64,000 nucleotides of DNA from an uncultured bacterium (GTDB taxonomy: Bacteria; Spirochaetota; Leptospiria; Leptospirales; Leptonemataceae). The stretch is taken from positions 4,314-68,313 of the forward strand of contig CALFVU010000002.1 of the NCBI GenBank assembly GCA_937928085.1, given 5' to 3'. This document shows positions 20,701 through 30,088 of the stretch, piece by piece (within the stretch, counting starts at the first letter, position 1; the number at the start of each line of letters is the position of its first letter). Both the position numbers and the translations under genes were made by a program. The notes under the pieces were generated by a model that was not told where the DNA came from, did not search any database, and saw only the letters and a list, made by a program, of their open reading frames with translations.

Positions 20701-21709
20701 AATCTCTTTAAAAGATTTTCTTTTTATAACAGGCGGAGATCCTGCTGGAATAGGTCCGGAGATTATTAGAAAATCTTTGCTTGGTATATCTACACTTGAT
20801 TATCCTTTTAAAATTTTATATTTTTTTAATGCATCAAAAAAAGAAAAAGAAAAAATAATTTTGCAATTGGATGAGTGGGATGTTTTTGTATTAAAAAATT
20901 GGGAAGATCTACCTATTTTTCTTACACTTGCAAATACAAAAAAAAAATTACTCATTCTTTACGAAATTTCTAATTATAATCAAAAAAAGCCCTCTATGGA
21001 GTCTGCTAAATTATCTTATATTACATTAGAGACTGCTTGTAAAAAAATACATCAATATGGATGTAAAGGATTAGTAACAGCACCATTATCTAAATATTGG
21101 GTTAAACAAATTGATTCACATTTTGCAGGTCATACGGGGTATTTATCAAAATTTTTTAAAAGATATGTAGTTATGATTCTCTATTCAGATTATTTTTCTG
21201 TTTTACCAATTACAGAGCATATTCCCCTTAGTAAGGTTTCAAGAGAATTGATAAAAATTCTTAAAAGTAAACAATTTTTAGAAATTTTAAAAACGATTCA
21301 CAAAAAAAAGCTCTTTAAAAAAAAATGGGCTTTTTTAGGACTAAACCCACACTGTGGAGAAGAAGGTAAAATAGGTAAAGAAGAAGAACAATATATACTT
21401 CCTTTTATCAATACTTTAAAACAACAGAATATTCCGGTATTTGGTCCGTTTTCTTCTGATTCTTTTTTTTCGGTAGAGAATTTACAAAAATATGATTTAA
21501 TTTTAGGGGGTTATCATGATCAAGTTTTAATACCTTTTAAAACTCTTGTTCAATTTGATGGGATTAACATAACATTTGGATTACCATTTTTAAGAACAAG
21601 CCCTGATCACGGACCTGCTTATGATATAGCTTTTAAAGAAAAAGCAAATTATAAAAGTATGCGAAATGCAATTTTGTTTCATTATCAAAAGAAATGGAAC
21701 TTAGCGTAA
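20681..21709 (+). CDS. pdxA: 4-hydroxythreonine-4-phosphate dehydrogenase
   Basis: GDPAGIGPEI, GHTGYL and TSPDHGPAYDIA motifs. The start is uncertain: TTG 20681 follows a purine-rich stretch, while the track start TTG 20639 would overlap the bactofilin gene by 62 nt. Confidence 0.88.
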   Translation: MAKKLDKISLKDFLFITGGDPAGIGPEIIRKSLLGISTLDYPFKILYFFNASKKEKEKIILQLDEWDVFVLKNWEDLPIFLTLANTKKKLLILYEISNYNQKKPSMESAKLSYITLETACKKIHQYGCKGLVTAPLSKYWVKQIDSHFAGHTGYLSKFFKRYVVMILYSDYFSVLPITEHIPLSKVSRELIKILKSKQFLEILKTIHKKKLFKKKWAFLGLNPHCGEEGKIGKEEEQYILPFINTLKQQNIPVFGPFSSDSFFSVENLQKYDLILGGYHDQVLIPFKTLVQFDGINITFGLPFLRTSPDHGPAYDIAFKEKANYKSMRNAILFHYQKKWNLA

Positions 21710-22155
21710 TTTTTCAGCAAACAAAATCTTTGTTCATTCCTATTGCAGTTTTATGGGGATTATTTTCAATTATGAATTTATTTCATTTTAAGATTTCTTT
21801 ATTTTGGAGAATTTTCGTATTGTTAATTTTTATGATTTTTATAATTTTATATTATCCTTTTTTACAAGAAGAATTCAGTTCGTGGAAAAACAATTTTTTT
21901 TATAAACCATTAGAAGTTTTAGAATCTTTAATTTTTTTATTTCAATTTGTTGATGTTTTTTTTTATTTATTTTGGTGCTATTCTTTAATCAAAATTTTTT
22001 TTTCTGCTAATGAAAGACAATCAGAATTTACATTACGATATTTAGTATTATTTACTCTTTTGTATTGGATTTTTAACTTTCTTCTTCAGAAAAAAATGCT
22101 TTCGATCCCTTATCGAGAATATTATCAATTATTGCTTAAGCTTCTAAATCAATAA
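21694..22155 (+). CDS. hypothetical membrane protein (4 predicted TM segments)
   Basis: Hydrophobic 153-aa ORF overlapping the pdxA end by 16 nt. Confidence 0.55.
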   Translation: MELSVIFQQTKSLFIPIAVLWGLFSIMNLFHFKISLFWRIFVLLIFMIFIILYYPFLQEEFSSWKNNFFYKPLEVLESLIFLFQFVDVFFYLFWCYSLIKIFFSANERQSEFTLRYLVLFTLLYWIFNFLLQKKMLSIPYREYYQLLLKLLNQ

Positions 22156-22224
22156 ATTGAAATTCTTTTTTTCTTTTTAAAAAAAAATAATTGTAAATCT
22201 TATTTTTTATAAAGATTAGGGCAT

Positions 22225-23109
22225 ATGAAGTTACAAGGTGTTTTTACAGCTATTATTACTCCATTTACAAAAGATGGAACAAAAATTGATTATGATTCTT
22301 ATTATCAATTATTACAAAGGCAGATTGATGCTGGGGTATCAGGAGTAGTACCTTGTGGAACGACGGGAGAATCCCCTACATTGACTTATGATGAACATAA
22401 AGAATTAATTAAAAAAACTGTAGAATTTATAAACGGTAGAATTTTAGTTATTGCTGGTACAGGTTCTAACTCTACTGAAGAAGCTATTCATTTAACGAAG
22501 GAAGCCTGTCATTCAGGTGTGAATGCGGTTATGTTAGTATCTCCGTATTATAATAAGCCTACACAGGAGGGTTTATACAAACATTTTAAAAAAGTTGCGG
22601 AAGTTTCTACTGTTCCCGTCGTACTTTACAACATTAAAGGAAGAACTGGTGTTAATATCGAACCAGAAACATTTTTAAAATTATTAGATACACCCAATAT
22701 TATTGCAGTAAAAGAAGCAAGCGGAGATTTAAATCAAATGGCAAAAATAATTCGAATCACAAATCGAAAGTTAGTGTTACTTTCTGGAGATGATAATTTA
22801 ATTCCACCAGTTATGAGTATTGGAGGTAGTGGTGTGATTTCTGTAGCCTCTAATATTTATCCTAAAAAACTTGTAAAAATGGTAGATTATTATCTTTTAG
22901 GAGATTTTGAAAAAGGAAATCAGATCTTTTATGAATTATTTGATTTTATGAATGCCCTTTTTTGGGAAACAAATCCTATCCCGGTAAAAACAGCAGCGGA
23001 ATTTATAAAGCTTTGTAATGCTACACTTCGCCTTCCTTTATGCGAAATGAATCCAGAAAAAGCTAAGAAATTAAAAATTTTGATGGAATCCATAGGAGAT
23101 GATGAATGA
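22225..23109 (+). CDS. dapA: 4-hydroxy-tetrahydrodipicolinate synthase
   Basis: GTTGESPTL motif, KEASGD active-site lysine region, 294 aa. Confidence 0.95.
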   Translation: MKLQGVFTAIITPFTKDGTKIDYDSYYQLLQRQIDAGVSGVVPCGTTGESPTLTYDEHKELIKKTVEFINGRILVIAGTGSNSTEEAIHLTKEACHSGVNAVMLVSPYYNKPTQEGLYKHFKKVAEVSTVPVVLYNIKGRTGVNIEPETFLKLLDTPNIIAVKEASGDLNQMAKIIRITNRKLVLLSGDDNLIPPVMSIGGSGVISVASNIYPKKLVKMVDYYLLGDFEKGNQIFYELFDFMNALFWETNPIPVKTAAEFIKLCNATLRLPLCEMNPEKAKKLKILMESIGDDE

Positions 23110-23918
23110 TCAAACTAAGTATTTCAGGTGCCCTTGGTAGAATGGGACAAACAGTAGCTAAAGCATCACTTGTAGAGAAAGAATTTCAAATTTCTTCTGC
23201 CTTAGAACATCCGAATCATAAAGATCTTAATAAAGATTATGGGATTCTTTTGCAGGTTGGAGCTTTAGGGATTTTGGTTAGCTCTAATAAAGAAACTTCA
23301 GTAAAAATTTCTGATATCGTGATAGATTTTTCAACCCCAGAAAACACCATAGAAATAACTAAAATTTGTGTAGAATATCAAAAACCAATTGTTATTGGTA
23401 CAACAGGTTTTACAGAAAAGGAGTATCAGGAAATAGAATTTTTTTCTAAAAAAATTCCGATTTTACAATCTCCAAATATGTCCATAGGCGTGAATGTTTT
23501 GTTTTATCTTGTGGAAAAAGCAAGCGTTATGCTAAAAGATTATTTCGAAGTAGAAATTTCAGAAATTCATCATTCTAAAAAAAAAGATTCTCCTTCCGGT
23601 ACAGCGTTACAACTAAAAAAAATCATACAAAAAATATATAAACTATCAGAGTCTGATATTGTTTATGGAAGAGAAGGTTTGGTAGGAGAAAGACCAAAAC
23701 AGCAATTGGGAATTCATGCTATTCGTGGAGGAGATGTAGTTGGAGAACATACTATATACTTTTTCTCGTCTGGAGAAAGAATAGAAATTTCTCATAAAGC
23801 AACTTCTCGTGAGATTTTTGCAAAAGGAGCTTTAATTGCAGCAAAGTGGTTACTTAATCAAAGTCCTGGTTTATATACAATGAAAGATGTAATTGGTATT
23901 GAAGATGTTTTGGAATAA
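23106..23918 (+). CDS. dapB: 4-hydroxy-tetrahydrodipicolinate reductase
   Basis: EIHHSKKKDSPSGTAL motif. ATGA overlap with dapA. Confidence 0.95.
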   Translation: MIKLSISGALGRMGQTVAKASLVEKEFQISSALEHPNHKDLNKDYGILLQVGALGILVSSNKETSVKISDIVIDFSTPENTIEITKICVEYQKPIVIGTTGFTEKEYQEIEFFSKKIPILQSPNMSIGVNVLFYLVEKASVMLKDYFEVEISEIHHSKKKDSPSGTALQLKKIIQKIYKLSESDIVYGREGLVGERPKQQLGIHAIRGGDVVGEHTIYFFSSGERIEISHKATSREIFAKGALIAAKWLLNQSPGLYTMKDVIGIEDVLE

Positions 23919-24654
23919 AAATTTATTCTTTTACTTTTTAGATATTCTAATTATATCCTATATAATTTATAAAATTTACATACTATTAAACAGAACAAGA
24001 GCGATTCAGTTATTTATTGCAATTTTTCTTATTGTAGTGTTTGATATTGTTTCAAAAAGATTAGAATTACATGCTACTTCTTGGTTAATTCGAAATGTAA
24101 GTGCTTATCTTGTATTTGGAATTATTGTTCTACTACAACCGGAATTGCGTAGATTGATTGGGGAAATTGGCACTATGCCCATTTTTAAATTTTTCAATCC
24201 TAAAGAAATTCCACCTTTAGATATCATTGTGGAATCTGTTGTAGAAATGTCTCAGAAAAAAGTAGGTTCTATTATATGCATTTTACAAAATATGAAGCCC
24301 GAATATATTTTAGAGAGATCTGTAAAATTAGATGCTGTGATCTCAAAAGAGCTATTACTATCTATCTTTTACGAAGAAAATCCTTTACACGATGGTGCTG
24401 TTATTATCGAAAAACAAAGAATTGTATCCGCAGCTTGTTTTTTGCCGGTTTCAGATTCAAATTTATTAAAAACCACACATGGTGCACGTCATAGAGCTGC
24501 AATGGGAATGGCAGAAGAAACCGATGCAATTGTGATCGTTACCTCTGAAGAAACGGGAAAAATTAGTTTAATGCATAACGGACAAATGTTTTCTCCCTTA
24601 ACAGGTGAGGAACTTAAAAATAAAATTTTATATTTAATGAAATCTAATAAATAG
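23905..24654 (+). CDS. cdaA: diadenylate cyclase (membrane-anchored c-di-AMP synthase)
   Basis: Three N-terminal TM segments plus DisA_N motifs (HDGAVII, GARHRAAMGMAEETDAIVIVTSEETGKIS). ATG 23905 overlaps dapB by 14 nt. The track start is TTG 23893. Confidence 0.9.
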   Translation: MFWNKNLFFYFLDILIISYIIYKIYILLNRTRAIQLFIAIFLIVVFDIVSKRLELHATSWLIRNVSAYLVFGIIVLLQPELRRLIGEIGTMPIFKFFNPKEIPPLDIIVESVVEMSQKKVGSIICILQNMKPEYILERSVKLDAVISKELLLSIFYEENPLHDGAVIIEKQRIVSAACFLPVSDSNLLKTTHGARHRAAMGMAEETDAIVIVTSEETGKISLMHNGQMFSPLTGEELKNKILYLMKSNK

Positions 24655-24659
24655 TTTTT

Positions 24660-25697
24660 ATGATAAACAACTTGAGGAAATTTTTAAAAACTCATTGGCA
24701 AGCTAAAATAGTAAGCGTAATCATTGCAATTTTATTTAGTTATTACGTGGAATATTCTAAAACTATAAAAAAAGTATTTTATATAAAGGTTCAACCACCC
24801 TCAATACCCAATTATCTTATTATAAGCGAAGAAATTCCAGCTTTTATGAAGGTTGTTTTTTATGGTCCTGAAGAAATCATAAACATTGAACAAACTAGTT
24901 TTACTTTACTTCTAATCAATACAGGACCTGGACCTGGAAAAAATAAATTTAGTTTGGAACTAATGCCACCTCCTCCAGCTGGAATACAAGCTATTATAGA
25001 ACCCCCAGAAATTGAAATTTTATTAGACAACAAAAAGAAAAAAACCTTACCCTTAATACCTAATTTTACTCTTCCCCAACCAGAAAAAAAAATTGTTTAT
25101 TGGAATTTTAATCCCGTTTCTTTAACTGTAGAAGGTCCAGAAAAAATTTTTACAAAACTTGATAGAATTTATACAAGAAAAATCAATTTATCTAAGAATT
25201 CAAATATTTTTTTTGATAAAATATTGATTGATAAACTACCTAATTTTGTTAAATTAGTAGAAAATCAACCTTTTGAAATTCCTATAGAAGTAAAATATTT
25301 ATCTAACGAAGAAATTCAAGAAAAAATCAATTCTTTACCTTCTGAATATAAAGTTTACGAAGAGGAATTAGACGCCCAATGTAATGAATTACCAGAAACT
25401 TTAGAAATTGTGAATCCACAAAAAGTAAAAATTTCTTATATTTCTAAGTATGTTTTAAATAAAAATTTTTTTCGATTAGAGATTTTTTGTCCTGTTGAGT
25501 ATAATCCAAATATGCAAACGATAGAGCCTTCCGCAAATCTTTCTGATTTACCTGTACAAATTCGAGTTTCACAAGAATTAAAAAATATAGAAATCTTAAA
25601 AATTGATCCTTTATTAGTAAGTTTTCAATTTCAGGTAAAGAGAAAACCTGTTATAAATCAAAAAGAAAAAGCATTGCAGGAGCATTTAATACAATGA
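24660..25697 (+). CDS. cdaR: CdaR-like regulator (N-terminal TM anchor plus YbbR-like repeats)
   Basis: Lies 5 nt downstream of cdaA and has a single N-terminal TM segment followed by repeated beta-rich modules. The call rests on architecture and synteny. Confidence 0.65.
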   Translation: MINNLRKFLKTHWQAKIVSVIIAILFSYYVEYSKTIKKVFYIKVQPPSIPNYLIISEEIPAFMKVVFYGPEEIINIEQTSFTLLLINTGPGPGKNKFSLELMPPPPAGIQAIIEPPEIEILLDNKKKKTLPLIPNFTLPQPEKKIVYWNFNPVSLTVEGPEKIFTKLDRIYTRKINLSKNSNIFFDKILIDKLPNFVKLVENQPFEIPIEVKYLSNEEIQEKINSLPSEYKVYEEELDAQCNELPETLEIVNPQKVKISYISKYVLNKNFFRLEIFCPVEYNPNMQTIEPSANLSDLPVQIRVSQELKNIEILKIDPLLVSFQFQVKRKPVINQKEKALQEHLIQ

Positions 25698-26068
25698 TAC
25701 TAGGTATAGGAATAGATGCTGTAGAACATAAAAAAATAGAGAAAATTTATCAACAGTATGGTGAAAAATTTTTAAAACGTTACTTCGGAAATGATGAAAT
25801 TCAATATAGTTTAAGTAAAAAAAATCCCGTACCTCATTTATCAGCAAGATTCGCCGCTAAAGAAGCTTTAATTAAATCTTTGAATCTAAAGAAAAGAATG
25901 GGATTATACTATAAAAATATTGAAGTTTCGGGTAAACATTTTGGTAAAAAAGAAATAATTTTAAGTGGAATTATAAAAAAAATTGCTGAAGAAAAAAATA
26001 TACAAAAATGCCATTTATCAATTAGTCATACAGAAAATTTTAGTATAGCAGTAGTGATATTAGAATAG
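25694..26068 (+). CDS. acpS: holo-[acyl-carrier-protein] synthase
   Basis: GIGIDAVE start, FAAKEALIK and SISHT motifs, 124 aa. Confidence 0.9.
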   Translation: MILGIGIDAVEHKKIEKIYQQYGEKFLKRYFGNDEIQYSLSKKNPVPHLSARFAAKEALIKSLNLKKRMGLYYKNIEVSGKHFGKKEIILSGIIKKIAEEKNIQKCHLSISHTENFSIAVVILE

Positions 26069-26071
26069 TGT

Positions 26072-27583
26072 TTAATAAGTCGAAGCAATAAAAGTAATTT
26101 TTTTATTCAGCTTATATTCTAAAAGATCTTTTCTTAACTCTGCCATTTCAACTAATAATTCTGATTCTCTCTTACTTTTTGTGTAAATGTAAAAAATTAC
26201 TTCATTTGGGTTTATTTCTATTTTTAATTCGGGTACGATTTTAGTTCTTGTTAAACCAATTGCAATTCTAAGAATTCCAGCATAAAATTCTACTAGGTTT
26301 TTTTCTTTGTCAGATAGGATTGCAAATTCCGAATGCTTAATGGAAGGTAGTGATTTTCTATGATATCGGGCTACACAGGCTATTAGTTGTAATTCTTTGT
26401 TTGTAAAACCAAGCAAATATTCTGTATTTGTGATAATATAATAGCTGTGTTTATGATGTGCGGAATGTGAAATGGAAACACCAATATTATGTAATAGCGC
26501 TGAATATTCCAAAATATGCTTTTCACTTAATAATTCCGGATAATATTTCCCTATTTCCTTGAGTATTTGTAGAGAAATGTTTTTTGTGTTTTCTAAAATT
26601 TCTTGATTTAATTTTTTTACTAAATTTATACAGGATTGCCTTCTTAAATCTTCAATTTCTGTTTTTTTGCTTTTTCTAAAAAGAAGTTCAAAAAGGATAC
26701 CCTCTCGTAAGGCGTAGTTAGATACATATAGTTTTTTTACTTGAAAGATTTCAAAAAAAATGCTTAGCACCAAAGCACCTGCAGGGAGGATATCTGCCCG
26801 AAATTCTTCTATATCTAACTTTTTTTTTCTTTTCGAAGTTGTTTCATATGCTAATATAATTTCGAGACATTGATCAAAATCTTCTTTAGTGAAATAATTT
26901 TTTTGATTTTGATTGATTAGCTCATTAATTGTTTTGATAGTTCCTGAGGATCCAATTACTACATCATAAGATAAGTTCTGATCCTGAAATTCTTTATATG
27001 TATCATAGATAAAGTTTTCTATGTATTTTTTTGCTTCTTTAATAGCTTCTTTAGTAAGTAGTCCTTGTTTAAAAAATTTTTCTGTTAAGCGTACGGCTCC
27101 CAATTTTAAAGATCGTATAAAAATTGGCTTTCCAGATTTTCCAAGAACAATTTCTGTTGATCCTCCACCAATATCAATAACTAATGCATTTTCGTCATAA
27201 GCAGGTATAGACCGAAGAACTCCTAAATAGATTAATCTTCCTTCTTCGGAACCTGAAATTACTTTTATGTTTATTCCTACTTGTTTCTTAACTTTTTTGA
27301 TAAAATCTTGTTGATTTTTGGCTTCTCTTACAGCAGAGGTAGCTACTGCCTGAATAACAGCTTTATATTTTTTTGCTATTTCTTTAAAATTTTTTAAAGC
27401 AGCAATTGCTCTTAATTCTGCTTCTTTAGAAATAAAATCATAATCTCCTGAACCTTCCCCTAATCGGACTATGATTTTTTCTCTATCTAAAATTTCAATA
27501 TGATCGTTTTCTGTTTTTTTGGCAATGATCATATGAAAAGAATTCGTTCCAATATCAATTGCTGCGATGGGTCTTGATAACAT
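26072..27583 (-). CDS. ppx: exopolyphosphatase / guanosine pentaphosphate phosphohydrolase (Ppx/GppA) with C-terminal HD-like domain
   Basis: AAIDIGTNSFHMII and DIGGGSTE actin-like ATPase motifs, 503 aa. Confidence 0.9.
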   Translation of the reverse strand: MLSRPIAAIDIGTNSFHMIIAKKTENDHIEILDREKIIVRLGEGSGDYDFISKEAELRAIAALKNFKEIAKKYKAVIQAVATSAVREAKNQQDFIKKVKKQVGINIKVISGSEEGRLIYLGVLRSIPAYDENALVIDIGGGSTEIVLGKSGKPIFIRSLKLGAVRLTEKFFKQGLLTKEAIKEAKKYIENFIYDTYKEFQDQNLSYDVVIGSSGTIKTINELINQNQKNYFTKEDFDQCLEIILAYETTSKRKKKLDIEEFRADILPAGALVLSIFFEIFQVKKLYVSNYALREGILFELLFRKSKKTEIEDLRRQSCINLVKKLNQEILENTKNISLQILKEIGKYYPELLSEKHILEYSALLHNIGVSISHSAHHKHSYYIITNTEYLLGFTNKELQLIACVARYHRKSLPSIKHSEFAILSDKEKNLVEFYAGILRIAIGLTRTKIVPELKIEINPNEVIFYIYTKSKRESELLVEMAELRKDLLEYKLNKKITFIASTY

Positions 27584-28473
27584 TATTTTTTATACATTTT
27601 TGAGGTCTTTTCGAAAAAATCAAAAATAGAACTAAGTTCAGAGTTCCAATAAAGAAAATCATGCTTTTGTTTTTCTCTTAAAGAAAAAACAATTTTAAAA
27701 GAATTGTTTTTTTGACTTAAAAATTCGTATAAACGTAGCGAATGTTGAAAACTCACAATAGGATCTTCTTTTCCATGTCCGATATAAAGATTTGTTTTCC
27801 ATCCATTTTTTTGAATATAATAAAATGGGTTATCTTCTTCCCATCGATAAGGAAATGTCTCGTAGGGTCCATAAACGAGTTTCATAAGGTTATCATGGGG
27901 GGTAATTGTTTGATCAAAATCTCCGGATAAGGTAGCTATTGAGATAAATAAATCGGGCAATTGAGTAGCAATCATTACAACACCTCTTCCACCTGTAGAA
28001 AGGCCTAATGCAAAATTCATTTTTAAATCTAAAAAAATCTGATGCGTTCTGAAAAAAGGAAAAAAATCTTCCAAGAAAAACTTTAATCCGGGTTTTGGAT
28101 GCCATTTTAATTTAGTTTCGGGATAATATTTCGATTCATAAATTGTTACAGAAGTTTCTGGTGCTAAAGCCACATAGGATTGGTTTGTAATATATTGAAT
28201 CAATTCTGTTTCTTGAAACCACCGCTTTCGAGAAAATTTCCAGCCAGGCAAAACTAATAATGTTTTTGTACATTCCTCATTCAATTTTTTAGGGATATAC
28301 ATATCTACAGGAACTTTGTTTATAATCAAAGTGGCAAAATCATATTCGCTTTTTTCGATAAAAAATTTTCTAAAAGAATTTTTAAAATCATCAAAGGTTT
28401 TTCGATCATAACATTTTTCCATGGAATGAACAGGAATCATCCAGAAAAAAAAGAAGATTATTTTGAGTTTCAT
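27583..28473 (-). CDS. secreted alpha/beta hydrolase, putative esterase family
   Basis: N-terminal signal peptide, GLSTGG nucleophile elbow, later GHGKEDP. Confidence 0.7.
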   Translation of the reverse strand: MKLKIIFFFFWMIPVHSMEKCYDRKTFDDFKNSFRKFFIEKSEYDFATLIINKVPVDMYIPKKLNEECTKTLLVLPGWKFSRKRWFQETELIQYITNQSYVALAPETSVTIYESKYYPETKLKWHPKPGLKFFLEDFFPFFRTHQIFLDLKMNFALGLSTGGRGVVMIATQLPDLFISIATLSGDFDQTITPHDNLMKLVYGPYETFPYRWEEDNPFYYIQKNGWKTNLYIGHGKEDPIVSFQHSLRLYEFLSQKNNSFKIVFSLREKQKHDFLYWNSELSSIFDFFEKTSKMYKK

Positions 28474-28877
28474 AATTCTAAAAAATACTCCCTTAAACCT
28501 TTTAAGAAAGTGTCAGAAAAATATTTTTCTAATCGATCGTTTTTGTGAATCCATAAATATTCTGTATGTTCGTTTGATAATTGAATTTTACCACCCCAAT
28601 AATTTCCGGAATATAAAACTAAAAGAGCATCTTCGTTATCTTTTGAAATAAAATGGGGAAAGACAAAAACAGGTTTTGGCTGGATTTCATATTGAATTTC
28701 TCCTAATTCTTCTCGAATTTCTCTTATAAGAGCTTCTTCTAATCGATAGATTTCATCTTGCTGGATTCTTCCTCCAGGTAAGTCTCCTTGATTCGTGATT
28801 CTATCTCTTAAATATAAAAAAAAATTTCTATCCCATAGTAATAGTTTTATCGTAATTTGAAATTTACCATTTTTCAT
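28470..28877 (-). CDS. NUDIX hydrolase
   Basis: Nudix-box-like GGRIQQDEIYRLEEALIREIREELGE, 135 aa. Confidence 0.85.
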   Translation of the reverse strand: MKNGKFQITIKLLLWDRNFFLYLRDRITNQGDLPGGRIQQDEIYRLEEALIREIREELGEIQYEIQPKPVFVFPHFISKDNEDALLVLYSGNYWGGKIQLSNEHTEYLWIHKNDRLEKYFSDTFLKGLREYFLEL

Positions 28878-28881
28878 TCTA

Positions 28882-30084
28882 TCAATCCTTTATGTCTACC
28901 AATTGAAAAGAATCTCCTTTTTTTATGATTTTTTTATTAATTTTAAAAGCACATTTAGAATATCTTTTTAAATTTTTGGGTTTAAAATATTTGAGTTGAA
29001 ATTTAAGCTCTTCTTCGAAAAGATCTGATTGAATCGATAATAAATCTGCTAATTCTGTGAAGGTATAAGGACTGTATCGATTGATATTTTCAAAAAATAA
29101 AATTAAAATTTTGGATGTTAATAATAAATTTCTTTGCTGTTCTTCAGGTAGGAAAAATAAAATATCTGCTGCTATTTCAGGAATCGGTTGATGTTTTTTA
29201 TAATCTCTTGTTTTTTTCAAATGACATGTCCAGAGATTACAAATGGATCTTTCGAAAACTTCTATCCAAGAACATTCAATTTGTGGATTCAATATTTCGA
29301 ATAAGGTTAATAAAGCAATAAGAACACCGGACTCATATTCGGGATTTTTGATTTTTACAAAAAAATCAGGATCCAATCTTCCATTTTGTAATAAATCTTT
29401 ACAAATAGAGTAGATCAAATTCATTTCCTTATACGAAATTTCTTTAGGTAAAGAAATCGAATAGTTAGAATCTATGTTAAAAAGATGATTTTCTTCTTCG
29501 AAAAAACGATATATATAGTAAGTCAGCAAAATATATTTTTCTAATAATGTTTCGTAATTTTTTAGCAAAGATTCAATAATTTCTAAAAGGGTTTCTTTTT
29601 CCAAAATTTCTTCTAAGTATTTGATAACAATCCAAACATCGATTTCTTTTGTTGTCTTTAAATATTTTTGAATTGCAACATGAGGCAGTTCTCCACCGAT
29701 AATTTCAAAAATATAAAAATCAATTTCTAAAAATTCTATATTTTTTAAGTTTCTATATGATGGTTCATCTATCCAAGCTAAAAACGACATTAAAGAATGC
29801 TTTAAATGTTTTTCTAATTCTTGCTGAGTATTATGTGTTTCTAGATTGTTATAGATATTTACTGCATCCATTAATTCTAAAATACCTAAATCTAAAAGAG
29901 TCTTCTCTTCAGTAGGTTCTTCGTATTCTAAGATTAATTCTAAAAAACTAGATAAAAACTCATTTTCTGGTTTGCCATTCTGAAACCATTGATACGTATT
30001 TTTATATAGTTCATAAAATAAAAATTTTTCTGCTTCTTTATCTTGATTTTCTAAAAATTTTTTATAAATTTTTGATAAATTCAT
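28882..30084 (-). CDS. hypothetical protein (acidic, helical, 400 aa)
   Basis: Long ORF with 4-nt gaps to both neighbours. No recognisable motif. Confidence 0.7.
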   Translation of the reverse strand: MNLSKIYKKFLENQDKEAEKFLFYELYKNTYQWFQNGKPENEFLSSFLELILEYEEPTEEKTLLDLGILELMDAVNIYNNLETHNTQQELEKHLKHSLMSFLAWIDEPSYRNLKNIEFLEIDFYIFEIIGGELPHVAIQKYLKTTKEIDVWIVIKYLEEILEKETLLEIIESLLKNYETLLEKYILLTYYIYRFFEEENHLFNIDSNYSISLPKEISYKEMNLIYSICKDLLQNGRLDPDFFVKIKNPEYESGVLIALLTLFEILNPQIECSWIEVFERSICNLWTCHLKKTRDYKKHQPIPEIAADILFFLPEEQQRNLLLTSKILILFFENINRYSPYTFTELADLLSIQSDLFEEELKFQLKYFKPKNLKRYSKCAFKINKKIIKKGDSFQLVDIKD

Positions 30085-30088
30085 AAAT

